The position numbers and the translations under genes were made by a program. Below are positions 38,611 to 55,029 of a stretch of DNA of 64,000 nt, piece after piece (the first letter of the stretch is position 1; each line of letters begins with the position of its first letter). The stretch comes from Adineta vaga (taxonomy: Eukaryota; Animalia; Rotifera), in contig CP075497.1 in NCBI GenBank assembly GCA_021613535.1, positions 2,852,001-2,916,000 on the forward strand, given 5' to 3'. The notes under the pieces are model-generated. The model worked only from the letters and a program-made list of their open reading frames with translations. It did no database searches and had not been told where the DNA came from.

Positions 38611-39600
38611 AATATGATCAACAATTCGTTGAGAAAACCGAGTTTAAGATCGATCGTTTTCTGTCTGAACAAGAAAATGTGACGAAAAAAAAAAGAAAAA
38701 AGATGATTATAATTCTTGTTTTAGACCGTTAAAGAATAAACAAAAAACAAAACAAATGATAAATCTTTTCTCTTCCTATCAAAATCTCATCAGAAATTAT
38801 TATATAAAGACTTACATAAGATTGTGAATTAAGCAAAACAAAATACAATTCAATCATGTGAAATATTCGATTTGAACTTTGTTTTACTCTTTATCATCAT
38901 CAACTATAATTCATAAGATGCTGATATCATATGCAAAAATGTTGAGCAATTTATCTTATCGATAGAGATTGATAAAAGAGGGAATACTTTAAAATTTCCC
39001 TTCTTATTATTGTATAATTTCGCTTAAGAGTTTATTACATAAGATATCTTCGAACAGATACGTATAAATTGTGGTTAACATTGAAAGAAAGATTAGATAT
39101 TTTTGTTTACAACTTGTGTATAACAATCAGTCACCTACTTGACAGTCTACTAAGGAAACAACATATTTGCGATCGTCTTATTATTTGATAATAATATCTA
39201 TTTTCCTTTCCACTTCATTGATTCAATTCATATTGTCTTCTTCTTCTTCTTCTTTGTTTTCCAATTCAGGTAAAGTCTTCTGACTTCTCAATAACTTGTT
39301 ATACACATTTCTTTTTTTCTCTCTTTCACCCTTCTTCCGCCATGATCACCGCCGTCGTTGAAGTGTACATGAAAAAAAAATGAGAAAAATATTTTACATT
39401 ATTTCTCTTCCTATATATTCATGCCACGTTTCGTATTCTAATAGAATAACTCATTTCATCATCTCTGCCTATAATTTTCTCTTTATTTGCTATTGTATAA
39501 AAGTACGCATATATATGTATATATATAAGTATTCATTTCTGCTTCTTTAAAGATTCAAAAAAAGAAAGACGAAACTCAGTTCTATTAGAAAAAAACAACA

Positions 39601-42662
<3,062 letters not shown>

Positions 42663-43188
42663 ACTTAAATGATTGAATATATTGAAACATTTGCTTATTC
42701 GTATTAATCAATTCTTCATTATTCATGTCTTTATGTTTATCATTAGTTCACACTGTTTTTTGCTTATGAACTTTTTCGTTTGGAATAAACTTGTTGTGTG
42801 TCTTGAAATCGGTTCAAATAATGATTTGATTTGTGATGGGTGAAAGAGTATATGTTTATTCATAAGTACGAATAAATGATATGGATGATTTATTTTTCTT
42901 TGATAATTATCAAAACCAGTAATATACTGGTTGGGTGTATGAAAGGTATTCTAAGAATAGAAAACTTACGTGTGCGTAACGTCTTGTGGGAAATTTTATT
43001 ATGCGTATATGAATCTTTGAATCATAGAGTTTAATGGCGTATTGATGTTTTTTTACGCCGAAGAAGGTTATTTTTAGAAAAAGACAAGAACTTGCACTAT
43101 ATAAAGAAAGGTTTTTATCATAGCATTTATTAACACATACAAACATAATTCATCTGTTTTCAACTGATACTTCTATATATTGACAATT

Positions 43189-43524
43189 ATGTCGGCTTTT
43201 GATGGTAATCGTGATGGTTTCGTTGATGGTCGCGAAATTAATGATGCTCGTGAATTTGGAGCTGGAGATGTGAATCGAGATGGTGCATTAAATCGTGCTG
43301 AATTCTCTCGTGTTGATAGTAAGTGAACATATATATTCGTTGAAAGGAACTATTGTTGATAATTTCGTAGATCCACGTGAATTTAATCAATATGATACAA
43401 ATCGTGATGGACTTGTCGATACTCCAGAATTTGCTCGAGGAGAAGCTGTTGAACATCAATGTAAGTTTCACTTAGAGAACGTTATTAGTATAATATGTTT
43501 ATTTCTCTTATAGATGGTTTGTAA
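43189..43524 (+). CDS. Mini triple-EF-loop protein B (76 aa, 3 exons), paralog of 17219-17569
   Basis: Exons 43189-43318, 43371-43460 and 43514-43524 give MSAFDGNRDGFVDGREINDAREFGAGDVNRDGALNRAEFSRVDNPREFNQYDTNRDGLVDTPEFARGEAVEHQYGL. TATATAAA lies at 43098. Confidence 0.9.
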
Positions 43525-44012
43525 ACGAATTCAAATGTATATTTTCATTGTTTTTTAAACATGTAATTTTTATGTGAATTCGTTATTCAATAAACTTTAA
43601 AATTCATCTATCAATACTTTTGTTTAAATATCTAAACTAAACTCAATCATCGTCATCGTGACGGTGTCAAGACGTAAACACCTATATAGATGGTGATAAA
43701 TGCTTTCATTTCATCGAAACTTATCAAAAAACTCATTGCTCCAAAACTATTTATTTAATAAAAAAACGAATTTTCCTTTCTCTAAGTTACTTTTCATATT
43801 GTATGACGCAAACTTATAATATGCAGATTAGATTTAACAAAAACGTTTTAGTGTTCTATGTGTTTTTCCGGAAAAAACGTAGTCATCAATAGTTTAGATT
43901 TAAAACTACAGTATTTTCTTCTAGCTTTTTATCCATGAGAAAGTCTTAAAATAAGTTTCACATATATGTTCATGTAACACATACTATCCGTTTGAAAAGA
44001 CAAACAAAATCG

Positions 44013-44294
44013 CCCATGTAAAAAATTTTCTCAAAAAGTAAACTATTTTTTATTTTTAATAGTTGCTTTTCGACGGGGAATAGTACTCAAATTTACAAAG
44101 AAAACTTAAAAAAACTAGTAAAAATATTAACTTTTTTTTAAAAAGTAATATTAAAATAGTATAATATACTAATATCAGAAAAACATTACTAAAAATAACT
44201 AAAAAGGTTCACTTTTAAGTACTATTCTCTGTCAAAAACCAGCTATTAAAAGTAAAAAAATAGTTTACTTTTTGAGAAAAATTCTTCACATGGG
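44013..44294. mobile_element. MITE-like element with ~80-bp imperfect terminal inverted repeats (CCCATGT...ACATGGG)
   Basis: The left end cccatgtaaaaaattttctcaaaaagtaaactatttttt..aatagtact matches the reverse complement of the right end. Non-coding; no clear TSD. Confidence 0.8.
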
Positions 44295-44699
44295 ATCTTT
44301 TATGATCGGAAAAACGAGCATGTTTCCACATCAACCTACTCTCTTTAAAAAAATACATGTTTAATCAGATTCTAACGATGTCATATAATTGACTGAACTC
44401 GTCGATGCATGACGAATTCATTAGAAAGAAAGTTTTGATTTTACCTATCTGGATTTCAAATAATGCAGTAAAATATGAAGATAGTAGATGTCTTTTTTTG
44501 CATATAAAGAGAGATATTTATTATTCATTATATATTTGATCAATTTCTTAAGAAAACATATTCAAGTTACTGAATTCACGTGAGGAGTCCCACAACCAAC
44601 GTCTGCACTCTCCCACACTCTCGATAGGTATCAACCAGGTTATTATTCTGTAAGATTCCACTTGAATAGATGTCGATTTTATTCATATCGTTTTAAATG

Positions 44700-45047
44700 A
44701 AAGTGTTGCTCTGGCAGACCAGTGTTGCCACCGATCCGCACGAATTCGTCATCGCAACATGTATTTTTCTGTAACATGTATTTACCTCTTGGTAAGTTGT
44801 AATAAGCAATCTGTCTCCGTGATGTGCGAAGCACGACATCTATTCTGTCTCTACACTTTGCACTTTTCTTTTGCTTCTTTCAAAACAATAGATGTGGGGA
44901 CAATGAAAACGTCTTGCTCCACACCTCATCTAGACAAGTTACTTATTACAACTACCAAGAGGTAAATATTCTTACGAATAAAATACATGTTGCGATGACG
45001 AAATCGTGCGGATCGGTGGCAACACTGATCTGCCAGAGCAACACTTT
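44700..45047. mobile_element. MITE/foldback element with ~120-bp terminal inverted repeats
   Basis: aaagtgttgctctggcagaccagtgttgccaccgatccgcacgaattcgtcatcgcaacatgtatttt.. is mirrored by ..aaaatacatgttgcgatgacgaaatcgtgcggatcggtggcaacactgatctgccagagcaacacttt. Confidence 0.88.
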
Positions 45048-45564
45048 TCTTCTAATGAAAAAAAAATATCATCACTTCTCTGCATAGCGAAATCAAAAAA
45101 AGATCAACTGGAAAACGTTAGATTGATTTCTCGCATCAGAATGGAAAGATTGGTGAGGTTGAATTGAGTTCACTCGGAATTCTGCGACAGATCGTTTCGA
45201 TCATCTTGAGGGTGTGGGTGATTAAAGAGAAAACACTAGAGTTACAATATGCCATAGAAAGTTACCACAAAAAGGTGTTACTGATTATATCCTAGATTGT
45301 AGTTGATTAACTATCGCATGAACCAATCTATTTGATACCTCATTTTCATACTCCTACCCAATTAGACATATACATAAGCTTCAAGAAGGCAATTTCAGAA
45401 AAGAGAATGACGTCAACAGAAAATATATTGAAGTTACTAAGTTCGTGTGAGGGTGATAGGATTCTCACACCCTTAGTTAAATTCAAATACAAAAGTTATA
45501 AAAAATATTAATAAAAAAAAACGTTTCATTTGTCTTATTCAACCATCCATTACATGTTTGGATC

Positions 45565-48500
45565 TTAATTCGATGTTAGACGAATATTGTGTTGATTAAG
45601 TTTCGTTGTTACTGTATAGATCAGTGTACGAATATTTTTATATTTATACGCACGAAGACGTGCATGTATATCTTCATCAAATTTTTCCGATGCTAACCAT
45701 TCATCAATATCAAGAATATTATCAAATGCTGTACAACCTAGAAGATATTCTTCGATGAATTATTTCAGAAATTCATGAAAATATTGACCTTGATTATTTT
45801 TCATTCGACAATCAATTCCATTCTCGATCAGAACACATGCTGCATCAATATTATTTATTCGAGCATCGATAAATAAAGGTGTTTCTTTTGCTTGATTGAC
45901 AACATCAGGATCAAAACCAAGTGAAAGTAAGAATTTCAATGGTTCGATCGATGCCATTGATGCTGCCAAATGAAGAGGACTATGAATGAAAAGAATCGAT
46001 TCGTATATTAAAGTCGTCTATTCTAATCATCTTACGTATTGCCATCATCATAAACAGTTGAGAATGTTGCATTTCCTTCTCGACTAAGAAATTCTAAAAG
46101 TGTTTCAGGTTCCGTCCTTAAAAAAAATGACAAATCTTTGATAAGTTTTAATATTTTATATATGAAATTAAACTTACGAGGTTATTGTTTCTGATAGAAT
46201 ATCATGAATTAATTCATTAGCTTCATTTTGTTTAAACATAAAACCATGTTCTAATAACCTTTCAAACAAACAAAAACAATCTCGATCTATCTATGTTTTA
46301 TTCATTTTACCACATCGCTGAATCCAGATGATCAGATCGTATCGCTAATCCTACAATCGACACATTTGGTTGATTTGCTTTTTGTTCAATTGTTTGAATT
46401 GATTCTCTCATATTTGTTTCATCAAGTTCAAATAATAGTTGTAAGACTTCTGTATTACCCTTTCGTGCTGCCAGATGAAAACATGTTTCACCTTTTAAAT
46501 TGCATCGATCTAATTCAGCTCCATATTCATGTAAAACTCGTATAGCTTCTAATTCCAATGGTTTATTATGTTCACCAGCACATTTTGCATGAATTGGAGT
46601 ATTACCATCCGAATCTGTTGCATTGATATCTGCATTACATTCAAGTAGAAACTTTAAAGGAGAAAAGACTTCGAGAAAGAAAAAGGATTAAATTAAAACA
46701 AACTTTCACTATTTCGATATTTCGTGTACGATGAAGTGAAGTTTTGCCTTGAAAATCACGTACATCAAGATTCACATCCAATTTCACAAGACGTTGTACA
46801 GCAGGTAAATTATTGAAATAACAAGCAGTATGTAATAATGTACTTCCATTGATAAATCTTTCATATCAAAACAAAATAACTTCGAAGAAGAGTTCAAATT
46901 CAATTTACCTGCTATTCAATGAACTAAAGAAAAACAAATTCATGTATTATTACAAATATATCAACAAAAATCACCTCAATGTATAACGATTTTCAATATG
47001 ATCAGTAATAACTCGATCTAAGACTTGTTCGTCGCCTTGTGTCAAAGCTCGCATAACCGATGCTATAAATTCACTTACAGCTACAAAAGACAAATGAAAA
47101 AGAACTGAATCAATTCGTTCTTTAGTTTACTGATTAATGTTTGCTGAAATTCTTCATTGATACATATTTCACTAACTGTCTTTTTTCGATTGTTTACAAT
47201 TGAAATATTCGCACCATATTCTAATAATAACTAATTCAAAATATAAATACAAATCCTATTGTTATTCAACTATTTTCAGTTACTTTTGCACATGATTTCG
47301 AAAATTTCTCAGCTGCACAAAATAATGGAGTATTTCCTTCTTTGTTTAAACTATTCACATCGGCACCAGCATCCAAACAACAACGGGCAATATTCTTTGA
47401 AAAATCAAGATTACAAATACGAAGATTCAAGTTAAATCAACTCAACTAGATGATTATGCTTGCATGCAACATGTAGAGCGGTATTGAGTGTATTAGGATC
47501 ATGCATATTTATAAATTCTGGATAGAGTTTTTGAAGAAATTGAAGAAGATGATCAACAGAATCTTGATGACCTTCACTACATGCTTTGAGAAGGAAATTA
47601 TGATAAAATTTTAAAGAATCAGGAAAAACTTGATATAAAAGTGTTGTTTTCGCTGGAATAACTTTATTTTGTGTTGGAGCATCGATATAAATCTAGTATA
47701 ACAAGATGAATTTCACAGTAAAACATATGACTAACTTTACTTCATATTGAGGATATCGATCTGCTTTCACTTCAGTATTACCATTGATATTCGCAATATC
47801 CAAAATCGATCGAACATTTGCTATGAAAGGAATTTGAAACAAAAAAACATTACTTCTTAAAAGTTATTCAATACCTTTTCGAATCACTGGATGCAAACTA
47901 TCATCATCATCTAAATAGATTCAACTTTAGCGAAAAATTCGATAAAAAGAAAGAAGAGAATTCTTACTTTTACATAACGATTTATCAATAGTAATTTGCC
48001 GTGTTTGTTTATGTATAAGAATAAATGAACGTTCCGATGTAATTATTTCTTGTTTACCATCTAAAATTCGATAAAATCCATAACCATCTGTAAGAATCTA
48101 TTTAAACAAAAATTTCTTCTTCGTTTTGTTTTTCGTCAAATTTTTCATTACCAAATTCACTGCTTTTTGTCGGCATATCTCTGTTATTGTTGTTTCCATC
48201 GGTACATCAAACCAATCATATCGTACTTGTATTTTATTCGCAATAATATTGACAACCTATCTCCTTGATGATTTCATTTCATCACTCATTTTATTCTTTT
48301 CTTACTTTCGCTCGAGTTTGTTCCACATGATCACGCCATTGAGATTACTACGTAGATCATATTTTTTCTTTAAATTTGTTAAATCTAAAAGTAATCGTCA
48401 GATAACTATCTTATGCAAATCTTCTTACCAAAATTATATTGTGAGATTTCTTGTTCTAAGTATATTTTGTCTGTCTGATTGTTTTCTTCTTCTAATTTAC

Positions 48501-49945
48501 GAAGTTTTTGTGAAATATTGAATTGTTTTCGACGAAGTTCATCCTGAATATTTTGATAAATATCGAAAAATTTTCATAAAAACAAAATGAACTTACCGCT
48601 CGTCGAATAGCAATTTCAACTTGACGATATTTAAAAAATACCAGAAAGAAATAACACATAAATGCAGATATTGACATTTCATCAGCCTACTAACAATATC
48701 AATTTCATCATCTATTCATCTTCTATGATCTACTTACAAGAACAAGATCTTCGGAAGTTAAATTTGATTTACAACAAAGAACATCATCAATAATTGCTAA
48801 AGCTAAATTCAATCCCCATCTAATCAAATAACACTTGATTAACTTTGACGAAAAAAATGAAAATCATCATACCGATCATTGAGTAAAATTTCAGTTGGAA
48901 TGAGATTCGGTACAAAATAATTGATTAAACTACACATGACTCGTATATCGGATAGTTCAGTTAGTTTTGTAAAGTTTATTCTTCGTCCTTCAGGAAGTCT
49001 CTATACGGTTTTTTTTTAAACAAAACACGTGTAAACTTGAGAAAGAGAATTTACTTGTAAAACGAGTTGAATCATTTCAATAACACATGCACTTGGTTTA
49101 GGATATTTTTTCGTTAAATTTCGTTTAGAAAAGGCAAGCATTGATTCCGTTTCATTAAATTTTCCCAAATAATGACCAGGCTATTCATTAGAAAAACATC
49201 AAATCAATGGAAATCATCTGTACAAATTCATCGTACTCGTCCAGCTTGACTCATCACATCATCAATCACATCTTTCGTACCAAAACCAGCTAAGACTGAA
49301 ATATTCTTTGCTGATTTACCAATATTTGTTGATTGACCAGTTGGAATCCACTAGAATTCAACATGATCGACTGATTAGAAGAAACTAAGTTTCGAATTCT
49401 CTTTCATATACTTTCAATGGTACGTCTAATAATGCTTTAGCATCATCTTGTAGCAAAAAATCAATACGTTCCCATAAAAACCAAATATCATGTTCAACTA
49501 ATCTCCAAAGAAGTTCAAAAACCTGTTTATATATAGAGAGAGAGATTTCCAGCACACGAGACACTCTTTTTGTTATACAAACATGTTTTGCACTTCGAAC
49601 AGCAAATAATCGAGCATCAACTTGCACATCTTCTGGAATAACTTGACTAAAAAAAATTATTCAGATTCTTTTCATCGATAAGATGAACAAACATTCATAC
49701 TGTTCTTTCAGATGTTTAACTGCCCATTCACATCGCGTTCGAATCTGTTCAGGAGTTAATTTTTCAAATGATTGAATCTTTTCTGTCGTTGTTCCAGTCA
49801 CACTTTGTAATAACATTTTCATATTCGTACCTTTCATTAGATCAGTCAATATATTTCCAAGTCCTTTTTCAAATGGTAATAAACGCATATTAATCCAGGA
49901 TGTAAATCCATGGATACGACTTGTTTCAAGATCAGGTTTTTCCAT
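45565..49945 (-). CDS. Calponin-homology plus ankyrin-repeat protein, many exons
   Basis: N-terminal CH domain (GFTSWINMRL..LTDLMKG..MLLQSVTG..VFELLWRLV), a probable second CH domain (ELSDIRVMCSLINYFVP..LNLAL), then ankyrin repeats (NTALHVAC, GNTPLFCA, GSTLLHTAC, GKTSLH, GNTPIH, GETCFHLAA, SPLHLAA, ETPLF). Confidence 0.85.
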
Positions 49946-50348
49946 CGATTAATCAATGAAGAAAATTCAATTCGCATCTTTGTCTTTTCTTCTTGTCAAA
50001 TCATTCATTTTTATTTCTTATCACCATAGAAATTCCTCTACGAGAAACGAATCTGATTGGTCAATTGAAATGCATAACTGATTTATCACACGAAACTTGT
50101 TTGTATTTTTTCAATACCCCCGAAAGATTTGAATATTTCAATTCAGTTAAAAAAATTGTCATTCGTCTTGACGAAATTAATTCAAGTGTCAAAATAGATT
50201 ATTGATAAAGGTATGGATTTATTTGTGATTGTAATGGCTGCTAGTTAATGGCTATCGATTGTCTCTGTCTGTCTACTTTTCATTCATTATATTCTTTATT
50301 TGTCTATTAATTTGTAGTGAATTGATCATCAAGATTGATACTGATGTG

Positions 50349-53300
50349 ATGACAACAAAAATTCAATGGAAACGTCTTGAAACAACAAGCGGTACAAGTC
50401 CCAAGCCACGTCATGGTCATCGAGCAGTAGCTGTCAAAGATTTAATCATCATTTTTGGTGGAGGAAATGAAGGCATTGTTGAAGATTTAAATGTTTTTAA
50501 TTGTGGTAAGAGATGAAAATTGAAAAGAATCGATTTATCTTGAAAATAAATCTATTTGTTTTTCTTTAAGCAACAAGTCAATGGTTTCAACCATTAGTCA
50601 AAGGAGATATTCCAACTGGTTGTGCAGCTTTTGGTTTTGCTACTGATGGTACACGAATTTTTGTGTTTGGTGGTATGGTAGAATACGGTAAATATTCAGC
50701 AGATCTTTGGGAATTGAATCCATTGACATGGTTATGGAAAAAAATCAAACCAAAACCACCAAGAACATCGTTATTACCTTGTGCTCGACTAGGTAATATT
50801 CTTTTTTTGTTCAAACTATTTTCAAGATCATAGAATTCTTTAGGACATACATTTACATACGCTGAAGGAAAATATTATCTTTTTGGTGGCTTAGCAAATG
50901 ATAGTAAAGATCCAAAACAAAATGTACCACGGTAAGAAGGATATTTAAATAGAATAGAAATCAAATTCAATGGTGATTTTAGATATTTAAATGATCTTTA
51001 TGCATTGGAATGCAAAGGAAATAATTATGCATGGGAACAACCTATTCTTTGTGGTTCACAACCAATGGAACGTGAATCTCATTCATGTATTGCATATCGA
51101 GGACAAATTGAAAATCGACCGAAATTACTTATCTATGGTGGAATGAATGGTCATCGTTTAGGAGATCTATGGAGTTTTTATATTGGTATAATACAATTGA
51201 TTTTATGAAATTAAAGATTTTTGTATCTTCATTTTAATACAGATTTTCCACAATGGACACAGATAACTGCATCGGGTTTAGCGCCACAACCTCGCAGTCT
51301 TCATTCGTCAGTTGTTCTTGGTCATCGGTGAGTATTTTACTTCTCTTAGTGTTTCTATATAGGAAATATATTCGAGTTTAGTATGTTTGTCTTTGGTGGT
51401 TGGGTACCGTTGATTTCTTCGGATAAAAATGAACAATTGTCACATGAAAAAGAATGGAAATGTACAAATACTTTAGCTGCGTTCAATCTAGGTGATTAGA
51501 AATATCTTGAGAAAGAAATTTCTATAATTAGTTCTTTAGAAACAAATGCATGGGAACTTCTTGGACAAGAATGTCTCGATGAAAATGTTCCAAGAGCACG
51601 TGCTGGTCATTGTGCTGTGACTGTTAATTCAAGAATGTATATATGGAGTGGAAGAGATGGTTATCGAAAAGCTTGGAATAATCAAGTAAGAATTTGATTC
51701 ATTGATGCAATAAAAAAAGATCACAAATGAATATATTTCATTTGTATAGGTATGTTGTAAAGATTTATGGTATTTGGAAACAGCAAGTCCAGGTGAACCA
51801 GAAAAAGTGCAATTACTTAAAGCCGGTATTGGAAATTTAGAAATATCATGGACTCCTGTTTCAACTGGTAAGATATTGATTGAAAGATGTTTTTTTCGTG
51901 TCATTGGTATATTTCTATTGTAATTTATAGCTGATTCATATATATTACAAATTCAACGTATGGATACTCCTGTTGAACAATTACCACTCACACCCACAAT
52001 TCCATCGCAGACACCGATCAATCCACCATCAATACCATTACAATCAATTTCCGCCTCGTTATTTGCTTCTAAAAGTCCTCAATCAGGTAAGTTATCTTTT
52101 CGAATTCTATAACAATTCCATATTCTTCGTATCTTTAGTACTTGCATCCTTAATTCCGACATTTTCCAATGGTAACTATCATTGATAAAGAAAGTAACTT
52201 ATCTTTTTCTGATCTCTCTATAGAACAACAACCACCCAGTGCATCTGTCTCTGCAATATCTGATACTGGTAATGAAAATATATATGCTCTAAATTCGATA
52301 GATTTTAATTATATTTCAATTCTGTATAGATGCTGTTGCGGATCAATGTCTCTCACCATCAACTTTGCTAAATAAATCTGCATCCGATTTATTTTCATTA
52401 GCTCATCTATCATCATCCCAAACACCAATGTCCTCTTCAATAAGTACAATCAATGCCCAAACATTACCAACTGCATCACAAGTAAATGATCATCTTTATT
52501 CTTCAATTCTTTGTTAACATTTATCTCCATTTAGTCTTCGAACAGTACAACAACTTCATCGTTAATCTTTCAAAAACCTTCATCAACAACTACTTCTCCT
52601 CAGCCTACACAAAGTAACGTTTATCGGAACTAAACTTCAATAATTCTCATATCTTCTTTTAGTCGTTCGATCTGGTACTCCAACAAATATACAATTTGTC
52701 AATGCAACCACCAATTCAACTGTTCGTCCAATAATCTTTCATCAAAAAGGTACAACATCATCTACACAACCACAACTTTTGACTGTAATGCCAGCTGGTG
52801 TTCGTGTTCAACATTTAACTCCTGTCGTACGTACTACATCAGCACAACCGACAACAATCGTTCGATTCATGACACCCGGTACATCAACTATTCGAACTAG
52901 TACAGGTCAACAACAGATTATTCAACTCAATACTAATAAACAACAACAACATCAACAACCGTTAGTTATTAAAGCAATAACAGCTAATCGACAACAAACA
53001 CAACAACAACAACAACAACCGATTTTATTGACGACTAATACTCAACAAAAAACATTTTTACCTCAGAATCAGCAACAAGTATTAGTGTTTAATCAAAATA
53101 CATTCAGTAATAATCAAAGTCAACAAGCAAAATTTACAATACAAACGACGAATTTCGATCCATCAAATTCCATTAAGAATGATAATCAACAACAACAACA
53201 AGAAACAGCCACCACCACCACAGATAATACTCCTATTCCACAACTTGATGGTATTGTCGATGATCAGGTAAGTGTTTTTCATTATACAAAAACTGTTTTA

Positions 53301-54556
53301 TTATAATCCTGTTTCTTCTTTGTAGCCTATACAAAATGGTTCACCTGGTATGTTCAAAAGATGAAAATTTATATTTTGAAATAACCATCGATTTCTAATT
53401 TAGATGTACATAATACTTCCAATGGAATACAAGGAACTACATCAGGTAAGACGAATGATTTTTCGTTATTCTGAACTGATTAATTCATTAAACTCCACAG
53501 ATAATCACGAAACATCAACAACGAACACGAATGATGATGGTTGGCATCTAGTTGGAACATTTAAAACAACAACAGCTGACGTAAAACATTATTATGTTGT
53601 TCCACCAAAACTTGATATTGATAATTATGTTCGTAATCATTCGCCTAAAGACAGTAATTTATCTAATATCTACTTTATTTTCTTGTGTAGGATCTCGCTT
53701 CATTACAAGTACAAAATTTAGTTAAAAAAGTCGATTTAGAACCAGGCGTTATCTATAAACTACGAATAGCCGCAGTTAATTCCTGTGGTCGTGGTCCATG
53801 GAGTGAAGCAGCAGCATTCAAAACGTGTTTACCAGGTGCTCCGCCAGCACCATCGAATATTAAAATTACCAAAGTAAGTCTATCACTACTACGATTAAAG
53901 AATTGAAATGAACAATCGTTGAGTAATCATAGCTTAAATCTATTTTTTCACAATGGTAATCGGAGTATCTTTATGCAATTGAATACTTGAGAGAAAATGT
54001 ATACCATCAAACAAATTTTAATAATTAATGCGGACTAAATCTGTTTTAATATTCTTCGTTCGAAGCTGTAACATTATCAAGATATATTTCAAATAAAATC
54101 TACTATTTCGATTTCATTTAGACATCCGACGGTGGTGCTCATTTAACTTGGGATCCTCCATCAAATGCATCATCTTTAATTACTGGTTATGCTGTTTATT
54201 TAGCAGTTAAAAATACTGCAACAGATAACAGTACACCTCGCCAACAACAACCACAACAAGCATCACAAATGGCTTTTGTTCGAGTTTATGGAGGTGCTCT
54301 AGCTGAATGTTCTGTCAATGGAGGTCAACTTCTTCAAGCACATCTTGATATCAATTCTAGTAGTAAACCAGCGATTATATTTCGTATTGCTGCACGAAAT
54401 GAACGTGGCTATGGTCCTGCAACACAAGTTCGATGGTTACAAGATCAACAACAATCACCCTATAGCAATTCAAATTCAACAAATCCTGTTAAACGGACGA
54501 ATTCCAATGCAAATTCATCAGCTAAAAAACAACGATTAGCACCAACTGATACATAA
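50349..54556 (+). CDS. HCF: Host cell factor (Kelch repeats, low-complexity middle, Fn3 domains, C-terminal NLS)
   Basis: [115 protein letters not shown] and AKKQR. Confidence 0.96.
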
Positions 54557-55029
54557 ATTCATTTGTCGGTGTTCTCATGTAAATATATATATCTTTCTTT
54601 CTTTGCCGCTTTTGTTAACTCGATTACAGAACTAAAACACGATTCTATTTGTTAGATGTCCTTTCATAAACAAAATGAAGATACACATATTTTATTGTTG
54701 ACAAAATAAAGATTGTGTATATAGAAATCTCTCTATATATATTTAATGAATTCTTTCTCGTTCAATCGTTAATTGACCAAAAATATATTTCATTGTTTTT
54801 CTTTTCATGTTTTGTACGCATAAAGATATATTAGTAACATATGCATGTTGATATTATTTTTGCTTGATTGTTAGTCATGAGAGATTTGAAAAAAAAGGTA
54901 GCAAAGAAGTAATCTTGGCAGGTGTCAATGATAATGAAGAAGAAGAAGAACAACAACAACAATAAAAACATTTACAATTTTCATTTTGGACGGACGTATA
55001 GATGAAAAAATATGGATAAAATTATTCAA

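Noticed and set aside
44759-45087. ORFs within the foldback element
   Set aside because: No transposase motifs; incidental reading frames.
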